The translations under genes and the position numbers were made by a program. A DNA stretch of 64,000 bases from Flavobacteriales bacterium. GTDB taxonomy: Bacteria > Bacteroidota > Bacteroidia > Flavobacteriales > Weeksellaceae. Under the pieces are notes generated by a model. That model was not told the origin of the DNA and ran no database searches. It worked only from the letters and a program-made list of their open reading frames with translations. Positions 9,349 through 18,037 of the stretch are shown one piece after another. The stretch's first letter is position 1. Each line of letters begins with the position of its first letter. The stretch covers positions 1,135 through 65,134 of the forward strand of contig CAAGLV010000077.1 of NCBI GenBank assembly GCA_900770875.1, written 5' to 3'.

Positions 9349-11622
9349 TTAAACTTTATTATTTTCTGATTGTTCTTTTAAATCGATTTCTCTATTCTTT
9401 GTTTCGATATCTGCAGCTTTTCTATAATTCTCATTTTTAATTTTCATAGATTCAAGTTCAGCTTTTGAATTATGATTAATCATAGCTACATCAATATTAT
9501 TCTGACGATCAAGAGCTTTTTGTTCGTTTTCATTTTGGATTTCAGCTTGTTGAGCTTCCTGTGCTGCTTTAGCTTGCTCTTGCATAGCTTGTTGAGCAAC
9601 TTGAGCTTCTTCCGCAGCTTGTTTTTGGTAACGCAATAAAAGACCTTTAGCCTCTTCGTAATTTTCAGAATCTAATACATCAAGCATAGCAATCATGACT
9701 TCTATTTTATCTGTAGTACTCATAATTCTTGTTGCCATTTGATCGATGTTATTTTTAGACTCGTAGTCTTTTCTATTATTAACAAACTTAACACCTAAAT
9801 CGTCATTAGCCCAATCTTCTGTAATCTCAATAAATTTTTGAGCACCATCACCTCCAATAAAAGAAAGAATATCATTTTTCTTATATAGTTGTTGACCTTT
9901 AGCAGTTAAATAATTTAAAGCTTTTTCAAGACCAGATTCAAAAATACCAAAATATTCCTCTAAACGGGAAGTAGTGTTTTGAGCTTGGAGTTCCGCAACT
10001 GTAGCTTTTTGGTAAACTTGGTTAGCTTTCTGAGAAGGAATACCGCAGATTTTATCGGCCATTTGTTCGATTAGAGCGAACATCTGCATTAAGTCGGACA
10101 TTCTACCCTTTTGAGATACATTGATTGAATTAGCGTAGCCATTTGACCTTTTATCTTTAGTATTAACTAACATTATACGTTCTTTTTTAAGTAAACGCAT
10201 AATTTTATCCATAGCTTTATTTGCTGAATTACCTCTCCTATTAAAATCTCCAAATAATTCTTTTGGGAACATAGAAGTATCATACATCAAAACATTACCA
10301 TCTATTTGTCTAATACTAAAACGTAATTCCCATAAAATCTCCGAAGCGAACTCTTGCAAGAATAAAAGCTTCTTAGCCATAGAACGTACTTCTCCTGTAC
10401 GCATTGCGTTATCAGATTTAATACGAACGAAAGGAATAAATCTTTTGCGAGGATCTCCCACAGAAGTTATTTGATTTTTTAAAACTCCCCATGATAAAAC
10501 TAATTCAGGACCAACCATAGTGATATGTCTAATATTTTCCACATCAATAACATCTAATTCTTCATTATCGATTAATCGTTTTTTATCCCTTTCTTTAATT
10601 CTTCCGTCGATTTTAAAAGCTCCTTTCTTTTTAGTTTTTTTATTCTCGAATTCTTTATATTCTAATTTTCTTCGAGATTTCCAATAGACAGTAACTACTC
10701 TACATTTTTTAACTCCATTAGTATTTCGAATAAAATCTTGTTTTGATAATCCTAAATCTTCTGAAATTCTAAATTCTTCGGTATCACCTCTGAATAAATC
10801 AGAAAGTTTTTTTCTTTCAGATTCTAATAAATCAAATTTATTAAGGATTTCATTTTCTGAAAACCATTGATCTAAAGCGCAAATTTCAACATCAGAATTG
10901 ATATTTTCAGTTGGAAGTTCATCACAAAAATACTCTAATGGGTGAGGTACGTAAAGGCTTGGATTTCCATTTTTCTCGTCAATAAATAAAGCGCAATCAC
11001 CAAAAGCTAAAAAGAATTCCGCAGCTAAGTATATCTTTTCTTTTTCGCCTTTAGCATTTAAGATATAATCTAAAACAGTTTCTCCAATCCTTTCAACTTC
11101 GGTTCTATAATTAGCGATAAAATCATCAATCTTATCCAAGTCAGGAACTTCTAAATCTGGATTAGTAGATCCTAATTCAACTTGCTTGCCTGTATCACTC
11201 ATAATTTCAGCTTCAGCTTCCGAATTAATATGCCTTTCGGCCGCTTCGGTAATTCTAATCATTATTTCTTGTAGTTTAGAATTTACTGCTGTTTTATTAA
11301 TTACTGCTGTTTTAGAACGCAAAGGTCTTAATCTATAATAACCAATAGCATCTTCAAGCTTTTGCTCGATTAAAGGATAAATAACAAAAGGAACTTGTAG
11401 ATCATCTCCATATTGCTTTGTAAGTGTAGATTCAATAATCTGTCTACTCTTAGGAGAAGCTTTAGCTACAATAGCGTAAGATAATTCTAAAATATCCTTT
11501 GTTCTTTGTGTATAATGAGAAGTAGTTGTATTATGAATAAAAGCGTAAATATGCTTCATGTGAAACTCTACATTATCTTTTTGAGATTCTGGTATATTTT
11601 GATTTGGAAATTCGTAATTCAT
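9349..11622 (-). CDS. Portal protein
   Basis: 757 aa downstream of terminase; podoviral portal-like with Q/A-rich C-terminal barrel ending ALDRQNNIDVAMI. Confidence 0.85.
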   Translation of the reverse strand: MNYEFPNQNIPESQKDNVEFHMKHIYAFIHNTTTSHYTQRTKDILELSYAIVAKASPKSRQIIESTLTKQYGDDLQVPFVIYPLIEQKLEDAIGYYRLRPLRSKTAVINKTAVNSKLQEIMIRITEAAERHINSEAEAEIMSDTGKQVELGSTNPDLEVPDLDKIDDFIANYRTEVERIGETVLDYILNAKGEKEKIYLAAEFFLAFGDCALFIDEKNGNPSLYVPHPLEYFCDELPTENINSDVEICALDQWFSENEILNKFDLLESERKKLSDLFRGDTEEFRISEDLGLSKQDFIRNTNGVKKCRVVTVYWKSRRKLEYKEFENKKTKKKGAFKIDGRIKERDKKRLIDNEELDVIDVENIRHITMVGPELVLSWGVLKNQITSVGDPRKRFIPFVRIKSDNAMRTGEVRSMAKKLLFLQEFASEILWELRFSIRQIDGNVLMYDTSMFPKELFGDFNRRGNSANKAMDKIMRLLKKERIMLVNTKDKRSNGYANSINVSQKGRMSDLMQMFALIEQMADKICGIPSQKANQVYQKATVAELQAQNTTSRLEEYFGIFESGLEKALNYLTAKGQQLYKKNDILSFIGGDGAQKFIEITEDWANDDLGVKFVNNRKDYESKNNIDQMATRIMSTTDKIEVMIAMLDVLDSENYEEAKGLLLRYQKQAAEEAQVAQQAMQEQAKAAQEAQQAEIQNENEQKALDRQNNIDVAMINHNSKAELESMKIKNENYRKAADIETKNREIDLKEQSENNKV

Positions 11623-11913
11623 TTATTCAAACATTAAATTATGATTTTGTTTAAATTCTTCCCATTTCCATTTATTCATACGGTTAGGAAAAAACTCTTC
11701 GTTATTGCAAGAAAACTTTTCTATAAAAGTATCATACGGACTGCATGAACATACTTTGCATTTGTTATTCTTAAAACATTCTTGACAAATATACATCCTA
11801 AATCTTATCTGCTCTTTTGTGCAAATATCCAAGACTAAACTCGGATAATCGCGCTCGGTCTTGGATATAAAATTTAAGAAATCATCATCAGTCATTTTCA
11901 AACATAAAACCAT
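11623..11913 (-). CDS. Small Cys-rich putative Zn-binding protein
   Basis: CQEC...CKVCSC...C motif; lies between terminase and portal. Confidence 0.6.
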   Translation of the reverse strand: MVLCLKMTDDDFLNFISKTERDYPSLVLDICTKEQIRFRMYICQECFKNNKCKVCSCSPYDTFIEKFSCNNEEFFPNRMNKWKWEEFKQNHNLMFE

Positions 11914-14134
11914 CTGTAATGAAACTATTAATTTGTTGTTCTAAAAATTTGTTCGGATCGTTGAAATATTCTTTTTCTCTTTCAATACGAACACTCTCTT
12001 TTTCTTTTTTTCTCATTAAATATTCTTCGTAGTCTGCTGCATCTAAATCCCTTTCAGGTAAGAATACATCTGGACCATCGTAATCCTCATCCATTTCAAA
12101 TTGAAGCTCACCATTCACATCTACATACCATCGACCTCCCATATTTAATCCTTGTTGGTCAAAGTAAGCTTCTGCTTTTTCAATATCTTCTGTTATATCC
12201 TCAAATAAATCAAGTTTATAAAGTAAGGCAATCATTAATGCCATAGATATATCTGTATTTTCTTCTCCGAATTTCATTAAATCAATAATAACTTCTTGCA
12301 TGAAATAATTATGGATATTATCGCGTACTTCGGCTTTCAATAATCGTTCCCCTAAAGCTTTTACTTCTCCAGGCATTTTAAGACCATATTCGTTGAGATG
12401 ATTTTCTGTAACCTTAAGATTAGGTTTGTATTTTAAATACTTCACAGCTCCTACATCTTTGAAATAACGTTCGATATGGAATTTTGTATGCTCAATAAGA
12501 ACTTCTAAATCCCAATAAATAGAGAACATTACAGCATGCTCGTAGAATAAATCATCATCAAAGGAACCATCACCACGTTCTACAATTAAACCGACAGGAT
12601 AGTTAGCTTCTCTACTTGGACCACTAAAACATCTATAAGCGATAATAGCACCAGAAGAATAGTTACTAGGATTTTTGTTTATATTAACAACCTCATCGTA
12701 ACTATCACAAGCTCCGATATCAGGTTTATATCCAATAGAATTAGCTACTAAATGATTTATAGGACTCCCTTGCTTAACCATAAAAGCATCATCCGGATTA
12801 TCAGGTATTTTAAATATTACTTTAGAACCTCTAGTTACTCGGATTTTAGTTCTTTCCTTGATATTTTTAGCACGTTGTAAAAGCATTGCGGTTTGAGGAT
12901 CGTCAACCCATTCTAAAACACCTCTCTGAACCGGCTCAAATTCTTCTTGTTTATTAATTCGGCCTAATTGGTAATTCAGTTTTAATAAATCAAGTTTACC
13001 TCCTTTTGTTCTAATGAAGATATCTTCTTCAATAAGTGGATATGATTGTAAGTGTTTGATGTAAGAATCCTTGTCTAATCTCTCCTTAATCTTACGTTGC
13101 TGAACAATATATTCTTGAGCAGCTTCTCTGTTTGTTACACCAGTTTCAGGATCGAAGAATGTTACAACGTTTCCGTTTTCATCTTCTCCACCATCACCAG
13201 GATAATAGAAATAAGCAGGAATGAAAAGCTTTTTCAAGTTATATGCAAAATGATTATCCCACATATATTTATAACCAGAAGAACCTTTTTCGATATCACC
13301 ACCTGTACCATAAACCAACGGAACACCGAACTGAATATTACCATCCATAAAACATGGTTGAGTAGCAGTAAACGACATCATTAAGTTTTCGAAAAGTCCG
13401 GCTTCCTCGAAAATAACCATATTGTAAGAACCTCCCTCAAATGCTCCGGAATCAGAATACATTGTTTTTACACGCATTAAAGAGCCTAAACCACAATTTT
13501 CCTTAGTCTTGTTGATTTGATCAGTATATCCTAATACAATCTCATCTTCATTTTGCTTTAATGTACCGTTTTGGTATTCTTTTCTTGTATTCTTTAAAGA
13601 TGATTTTACTTTTTCAAAGAACTCTTTTACTTTATCATCTTTACCAGCAGCGGCTCCAATTTTAGATAATTGGTAGAATGTTAATTCGTAGTTAGCATTT
13701 ACGGCTCCAAATTCAGACAAACCAACACGACGAGGTTTACCAATAATTAATCCGTATCCATGTTTTTGAGCATTCTCAAGCTCTAAAAATAACCAATGGT
13801 CTAAATCTCTATATAGTGGCGGTTCTAAAGTTTTACGTTTAGATTTCTTAGATTTAAGACGCTCGATCATCGTCATATTTAGGTAATAGAAATGTCTCCC
13901 TGTAATACGTGGCATACCTTTCGGTTCAAAACCATTTATACAGTAATAATCCATTTCATCCCAAAAATCATCGTAATCTAATGTACCTGGTTTTAAATGT
14001 TCTGCTTTGGATTTAATTTCTTCATTAAAGACTAAAGGTTGATATAATTTAGGGTCCCAAGTTTTAGCTTTGGATAACTCAATAATATTAGGAAGGTTTA
14101 AAACAGGAAATATAGTTTGAGAATAGTCTACCAT
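11888..14134 (-). CDS. terL: Terminase large subunit
   Basis: ITGRHFYYLN, KPRRVGLS (Walker A), FEEAG (Walker B), GTGG, and RNase H-like nuclease GACDSYD; typical of crAss TerL. Confidence 0.93.
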   Translation of the reverse strand: MVDYSQTIFPVLNLPNIIELSKAKTWDPKLYQPLVFNEEIKSKAEHLKPGTLDYDDFWDEMDYYCINGFEPKGMPRITGRHFYYLNMTMIERLKSKKSKRKTLEPPLYRDLDHWLFLELENAQKHGYGLIIGKPRRVGLSEFGAVNANYELTFYQLSKIGAAAGKDDKVKEFFEKVKSSLKNTRKEYQNGTLKQNEDEIVLGYTDQINKTKENCGLGSLMRVKTMYSDSGAFEGGSYNMVIFEEAGLFENLMMSFTATQPCFMDGNIQFGVPLVYGTGGDIEKGSSGYKYMWDNHFAYNLKKLFIPAYFYYPGDGGEDENGNVVTFFDPETGVTNREAAQEYIVQQRKIKERLDKDSYIKHLQSYPLIEEDIFIRTKGGKLDLLKLNYQLGRINKQEEFEPVQRGVLEWVDDPQTAMLLQRAKNIKERTKIRVTRGSKVIFKIPDNPDDAFMVKQGSPINHLVANSIGYKPDIGACDSYDEVVNINKNPSNYSSGAIIAYRCFSGPSREANYPVGLIVERGDGSFDDDLFYEHAVMFSIYWDLEVLIEHTKFHIERYFKDVGAVKYLKYKPNLKVTENHLNEYGLKMPGEVKALGERLLKAEVRDNIHNYFMQEVIIDLMKFGEENTDISMALMIALLYKLDLFEDITEDIEKAEAYFDQQGLNMGGRWYVDVNGELQFEMDEDYDGPDVFLPERDLDAADYEEYLMRKKEKESVRIEREKEYFNDPNKFLEQQINSFITDGFMFEND

Positions 14135-14149
14135 ATTTACATAAAAATT

Positions 14150-14175
14150 TAAAGTGGTCGAATTTGACCACTTTA
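14150..14175 (-). terminator. Hairpin/terminator upstream of terL
   Basis: TAAAGTGGTC/GACCACTTTA inverted repeat with a nearby T-run on the minus strand. Confidence 0.5.
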
Positions 14176-14178
14176 TTA

Positions 14179-14547
14179 TTAACCTATAGAATTTAAAATA
14201 ATTTCCGCAGCAGATTTGATTTTTTGAACATCAATCTGTTTTAGCTTTTGATTAAGCTCTCTACATTCAACTACTTTCGCGTGGAATTTTTCCTCAAAAG
14301 AGGTAGGTACTTCTTCCTCTGGATATAATTCTTCTTTTAAGGTTTTGAATAATTCTTCTTTTTCCTCTAAAGTAAGTTCAGGTTTTTCCTTTAAAGTTTC
14401 TCCTTTTAAAGCAAATTCCTCTTGCTCTGCTAAAAAAGCATCTAAATCATCATTCGATAACTTAGTAAAAGCTGAAGCTAACGCAACAGTGATAAATCCT
14501 TTTTCTACTAATGATTGAACTTTTTGTTCTTTAGTTTGTTCTGACAT
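14179..14547 (-). CDS. Hypothetical acidic protein
   Basis: 122-aa ORF in operon. Confidence 0.6.
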   Translation of the reverse strand: MSEQTKEQKVQSLVEKGFITVALASAFTKLSNDDLDAFLAEQEEFALKGETLKEKPELTLEEKEELFKTLKEELYPEEEVPTSFEEKFHAKVVECRELNQKLKQIDVQKIKSAAEIILNSIG

Positions 14548-14562
14548 ATATTATATTTTTTT

Positions 14563-15174
14563 TTAATCTTCTTCGACTAACCCTAATTTATTTGGGTTTT
14601 CTAATTTCTTTTCAGGGTTAGTAAATTTACTATTTCTTCTCGATTTAATATCGCGTTCTATTCTTGATAATACATATCCGTTTTGAGCTACTGCATGTTG
14701 TTCGATAATAGAATCTTTATTGAAAGTTTCATTAAATTTCTTTATCCTTTCTTTATGCTTTGATAAATCTGTATGAGTAGATGATAATGCAGCTTGGTCC
14801 GGAACTTCTTGATTTGCTAAATAAGCATATCGATCTAATAAATCTGATTCGATTTGAGCATTAATAGCATCATACTCTAAATCATTGTTTTTCTGTAAAG
14901 ACTTATACTTAATAAAAGCTTTTCGATATAAAGTCGTATTTAAGTCAATCTTTTTACGAGAATCGTATATCTCCTCCATTGCTCTATAAGGTCTATCATT
15001 TTCAGAATATCCTCTTAATGGAGATAGATAATCACAAGATAAAGCAACTAAGGTCAAACCTTTTAATCCGTCTTTATCAACAACAGCTTTAAAATCATTT
15101 ATAGCTTTCCAGCCATCGTTATTAATATCATCTTTGATTAATCCTGTTTTACTATCTAGCTGAAACAAATACAT
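14563..15174 (-). CDS. Hypothetical protein, possible terminase small subunit
   Basis: 203-aa helical protein two genes upstream of terL; DYLSPLRGY motif; function inferred from position only. Confidence 0.4.
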   Translation of the reverse strand: MYLFQLDSKTGLIKDDINNDGWKAINDFKAVVDKDGLKGLTLVALSCDYLSPLRGYSENDRPYRAMEEIYDSRKKIDLNTTLYRKAFIKYKSLQKNNDLEYDAINAQIESDLLDRYAYLANQEVPDQAALSSTHTDLSKHKERIKKFNETFNKDSIIEQHAVAQNGYVLSRIERDIKSRRNSKFTNPEKKLENPNKLGLVEED

Positions 15175-15484
15175 TATCGTAGATTTTTATGTAATTTTTA
15201 ATACTTCTTGTAGTTTCGTGAATTTGATATTTTTCTGATATCAACTCGTACCTTTTTTCTTTACTATACTTCTCTTTATAAACGAACGATATCAACTTAT
15301 TCAAGAAACCTACCTTGTAAGCTTTTTTATGGCTCTTATCTACTTCCGATAAATGGTGAGGAATAACAAATAATAAATACCCTAAGTTTAATCTTTCAGT
15401 AATGTAGTTTTTAGCAGATGAATCCAAATCGTTAAACTTTTCTGGACTATCTAATTTTATATTTAAACTTTCTATTACTATCAT
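15152..15484 (-). CDS. Hypothetical protein with possible C-terminal HTH
   Basis: RYELISEKYQIHETTRSIKNYI; first gene after a TATATTTG promoter. Confidence 0.45.
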   Translation of the reverse strand: MIVIESLNIKLDSPEKFNDLDSSAKNYITERLNLGYLLFVIPHHLSEVDKSHKKAYKVGFLNKLISFVYKEKYSKEKRYELISEKYQIHETTRSIKNYIKIYDNVFVSAR

Positions 15485-15503
15485 TTTCTATATCTTATAG
15501 AAA

Positions 15504-15525
15504 CAAATATAAGGGAAAAGTTTTC
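15504..15525 (-). promoter_or_regulatory. Bacteroidota-type -7 promoter element with adjacent palindromic operator
   Basis: TATATTTG (15504-15511, minus strand) with GAAAAGTTTTC at 15515-15525. Confidence 0.6.
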
Positions 15526-15539
15526 ATTTTTATAAATAC

Positions 15540-15629
15540 AAAAAAAGCCTCTAGAAAACTAGAAGCTTTTTTGACGTTGTTATTTAACACAATAAAATCG
15601 TTGCTTTTGCGAGAAGCTTTACAAATATA
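15540..15629 (-). ncRNA. Putative ~75-nt small RNA unit (promoter-RNA-terminator)
   Basis: TTTG(15651-54)-21 nt-TATATTTG(15622-29), then a non-coding stretch ending in AAAAAAGCTTCTAG-TTTT-CTAGAGGCTTTTTTT. Confidence 0.45.
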
Positions 15630-15878
15630 CTAAAGTTTTTTACTTATATACAAATTTTCTATATTTTTTCTAAAATGATCATTCGCAGAAATCGGCCCTT
15701 GCATTTTTTTTGCATGGAAATTATACACATATTCTAGCATTGGATAGTAAGCAAACATAGCTCCTGTTCTTTTAAATTCAACTATCATCGCTCCTCCTAA
15801 TGCTGGGTCTAAATCTTCAAATTCTTTTATGAAATTGATAGATTCAATATTCTTTGATTCAATTTTAATCTTTGACAT
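15630..15878 (-). CDS. KTSC domain protein
   Basis: IESKNIESI...MIVEFKRTGAMFAYY...SANDHFRKNI matches the KTSC pattern (SSxIxSxGY...LxVxF..G..YxY...S.G.yF...I). Confidence 0.7.
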   Translation of the reverse strand: MSKIKIESKNIESINFIKEFEDLDPALGGAMIVEFKRTGAMFAYYPMLEYVYNFHAKKMQGPISANDHFRKNIENLYISKKL

Positions 15879-17152
15879 TATTTTTTTCTTTTTATTGATT
15901 TTGGCGCTCTCTTAGGTTTAGAACTTTCTACAACTTCTTCAATTACTTCTTCCTCCACTTTTTCTTCTACTATTTCCACAGCAGTTTCAGTAAGTTCTAA
16001 TTCCTCTACATCAAACAAATTAGATTGATTAGTAGGCGCAAAATCATCTAATTCTATACCTACATCATTAGTATTTAATAACTGAATTGGTTGATTATAT
16101 AAAAACTCTTTTATTTTCATTATATGCATCCCCTTAAATGATTGAGGAATTACATCTAAATCTAATGTTAATAACAATCCTAATTCTATCTTCCCTTTTC
16201 TAAACGAAATTTGATTATGAGGTAATCTAAATCCACAAGCTCCTCTATGACCCCCTCCTCCGAAGAATGTAGCAATCTTTAAAATATCAACATCAGTCTT
16301 TGTTGTATATAAACTCAACTTCCAATCTTTACCAGTGAAAGAAAACGCTAACATCGCATCAAATAAATCAGGATTCCAATAAGCATCAAATGTAAATGAT
16401 GTAAATCTATTCGTATTTAACGCCAAAATTCTAAGCCCTTGTAAATCGAAATTAAAACTATTCTTTAAATTATTTAAATTCTCAGATTTTAAGAAATTTA
16501 AAATCGAATTCCCTTCGGAAATTAATTTATCTAAGCCGTACTTACTACCTCCATTATCAAGATTGTATAATACTTTACACATACTCTCAGGATTCATATA
16601 CGCTTTTAATGCGTATTGTACAGGTAAAACAACTTTATCCCAATCCTGGTCCGTTGTAAATTTCTTATCATTCGTATTTCGCCAAGTATCGTACTGACCT
16701 AAAAGACTTATCAACTTCTTAGACTCATCCTTTAAATTATGACCAAATAATTTCATCATTAACTCACAAGCACTATAAGAGCTACTATAAAAATATGTAA
16801 AGTTGAAATCCTTAATCGTGTATCGCGATGCTACTCCAAAACTATCCTTTGAATAAGTAATGTTATTCTCATCACAGTAAAGTAAAAAATTGTCGTGAAA
16901 CGAAACATGATGATCTATTAAATAAAATTCCGCAGCCAATTTAGAAACTTCAAACAACTCCGGACAATTTAAACTTACATCAACCATATAAATAACATGA
17001 CCCTCTGTTTTCTTCTTAGAAAACTCCTTATCATAATCATAAGGAATTAACTCTAATTCTTCTTCCTTAAATTCAGACTCTAATAACATAATAGCAGCCG
17101 ATGTTACTCCGTCTAAATCAGCTTCGTGATACACAATTTTATTCTTTACCAT
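15878..17152 (-). CDS. DHH/DHHA1 family phosphoesterase
   Basis: YHEADLDG, MVD, IDHH and GGGGHRGACG motifs. Confidence 0.9.
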   Translation of the reverse strand: MVKNKIVYHEADLDGVTSAAIMLLESEFKEEELELIPYDYDKEFSKKKTEGHVIYMVDVSLNCPELFEVSKLAAEFYLIDHHVSFHDNFLLYCDENNITYSKDSFGVASRYTIKDFNFTYFYSSSYSACELMMKLFGHNLKDESKKLISLLGQYDTWRNTNDKKFTTDQDWDKVVLPVQYALKAYMNPESMCKVLYNLDNGGSKYGLDKLISEGNSILNFLKSENLNNLKNSFNFDLQGLRILALNTNRFTSFTFDAYWNPDLFDAMLAFSFTGKDWKLSLYTTKTDVDILKIATFFGGGGHRGACGFRLPHNQISFRKGKIELGLLLTLDLDVIPQSFKGMHIMKIKEFLYNQPIQLLNTNDVGIELDDFAPTNQSNLFDVEELELTETAVEIVEEKVEEEVIEEVVESSKPKRAPKSIKRKK

Positions 17153-17171
17153 TTCAAAGTTTTTATAAAAA

Positions 17172-17188
17172 TATGAAAAATTTTCATA
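17172..17188. promoter_or_regulatory. Palindromic operator TATGAAAA-A-TTTTCATA upstream of the DHH gene
   Basis: Perfect 8-bp inverted repeat with core GAAAANTTTTC, shared with three other intergenic sites. Confidence 0.6.
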
Positions 17189-17204
17189 AATAAATACAAG
17201 GCAT

Positions 17205-17310
17205 AAAAAAAGTAGGATTTCTCCTACTTAAGCACAAAGTATTTAATTCCCTTGTAACCAACCTAAACCTTATATTTCCCTATCTATGAAAATATTAATA
17301 CTCAAATTTA
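17205..17310 (-). ncRNA. Small RNA array unit E
   Basis: TTTG-19 nt-TAAATTTG (17303-10) promoter; terminator AAGTAGGA-GAAA-TCCTACTT plus T-run (17205-17229). Confidence 0.6.
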
Positions 17311-17313
17311 AGC

Positions 17314-17475
17314 AAAAAAAAATAACTACCAAATTAATTGATAGTTATTTCAATCCATAATGAATTTAGAAAAAAATATACAGTAGAAGGGCTCGAACCT
17401 TCGACCTCTATCGTCATAGCGCTCTCCCTACTGAGCTATACTGTACATTACTTTTAAAAGAACTCCACAAAGATA
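17314..17475 (-). ncRNA. Small RNA array unit D (contains tRNA-like element)
   Basis: TTTG-18 nt-TATCTTTG (17468-75); terminator AAATAACTATCA/TGGTAGTTATTT plus T-run (17314-17350). Confidence 0.65.
17379..17445 (-). tRNA. tRNA-like RNA with truncated anticodon arm (no assignable anticodon, no encoded CCA)
   Basis: TACAGTA-TA-GCTC-AGTAGGGA-GAGC-G-CTAT-GACG-ATAG-AGGTC-GAAGG-TTCGAGC-CCTTC-TACTGTA: perfect acceptor, D and T arms, but a 4-bp stem/4-nt loop replaces the 5-bp/7-nt anticodon arm. Confidence 0.8.
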
Positions 17476-17478
17476 TAT

Positions 17479-17589
17479 AAAAAAAAACAACCACAAAATA
17501 AATTAGTAGTTGTTCCAAAATGTAATTATAAAATAAAAAAAAGCAACAACTGGAGAAAGTCGCATTCATCATTAGGCTTTTCAAATATA
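17479..17589 (-). ncRNA. Small RNA array unit C
   Basis: TTTG-19 nt-TATATTTG (17582-89); terminator AACAACTAC/GTGGTTGTT plus T-run (17479-17514). Confidence 0.6.
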
Positions 17590-17592
17590 ATT

Positions 17593-17700
17593 AAAAAATA
17601 ATAGCAACCAAAATAAGTCGCTATTATTCAAACTAAAACTTTAAATAGATGTAACATCAAATCATAGAACCAGCTAGGAAATCATTACACAACAAAGATA
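17593..17700 (-). ncRNA. Small RNA array unit B
   Basis: TATCTTTG (17693-17700); terminator AATAATAGCGAC/GTTGCTATTATT plus T-run (17593-17628). Confidence 0.6.
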
Positions 17701-17703
17701 TAC

Positions 17704-17833
17704 AAAAAAAAAAGATAGCTGAAACAAATACAACTATCCTCAAATCTTAAAAAATATTTTTTTAAAAACATTTAAAACATGAAAGCACAAAAAAAAAACT
17801 AACACATAATTCAAATCCCGTTCACCAAATATA
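17704..17833 (-). ncRNA. Small RNA array unit A
   Basis: TATATTTG (17826-33); terminator GATAGTTG/CAGCTATC plus T10 (17704-17738). Confidence 0.55.
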
Positions 17834-17896
17834 TGAAAAATATTTTTACAAAAGGAAAACTTTTCCATAAGATTTTTTTTATATATTTTTTTTGGC

Positions 17897-17955
17897 GAGG
17901 GGGGTGTATAGAGAATAGCCCCCGGCTGTTCTCGAATTTCCCCAAGCCACCCCTC
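17897..17955. other. GC-rich nested inverted repeat at the late/early divergence point
   Basis: GAGAATAGCC-CCC-GGCTGTTCTC hairpin flanked by GAGGGGGGTG / CACCCCTC in otherwise very AT-rich DNA. Confidence 0.6.
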
Positions 17956-18037
17956 TTTATATATAAAAAATACACAAAAAATAAGAGAGCTTTAAATAAA
18001 CTTAACCCAAGCTCATTAACTTATTAAATTAAAAATT

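Noticed and set aside
17205..17833. CRISPR or mini-CRISPR array
   Set aside because: No conserved direct repeat; only promoter and terminator architecture recurs, and no cas genes are present
17833..18027. 64-aa plus-strand ORF
   Set aside because: Runs through homopolymer tracts, the operator and the GC hairpin; composition is not protein-like
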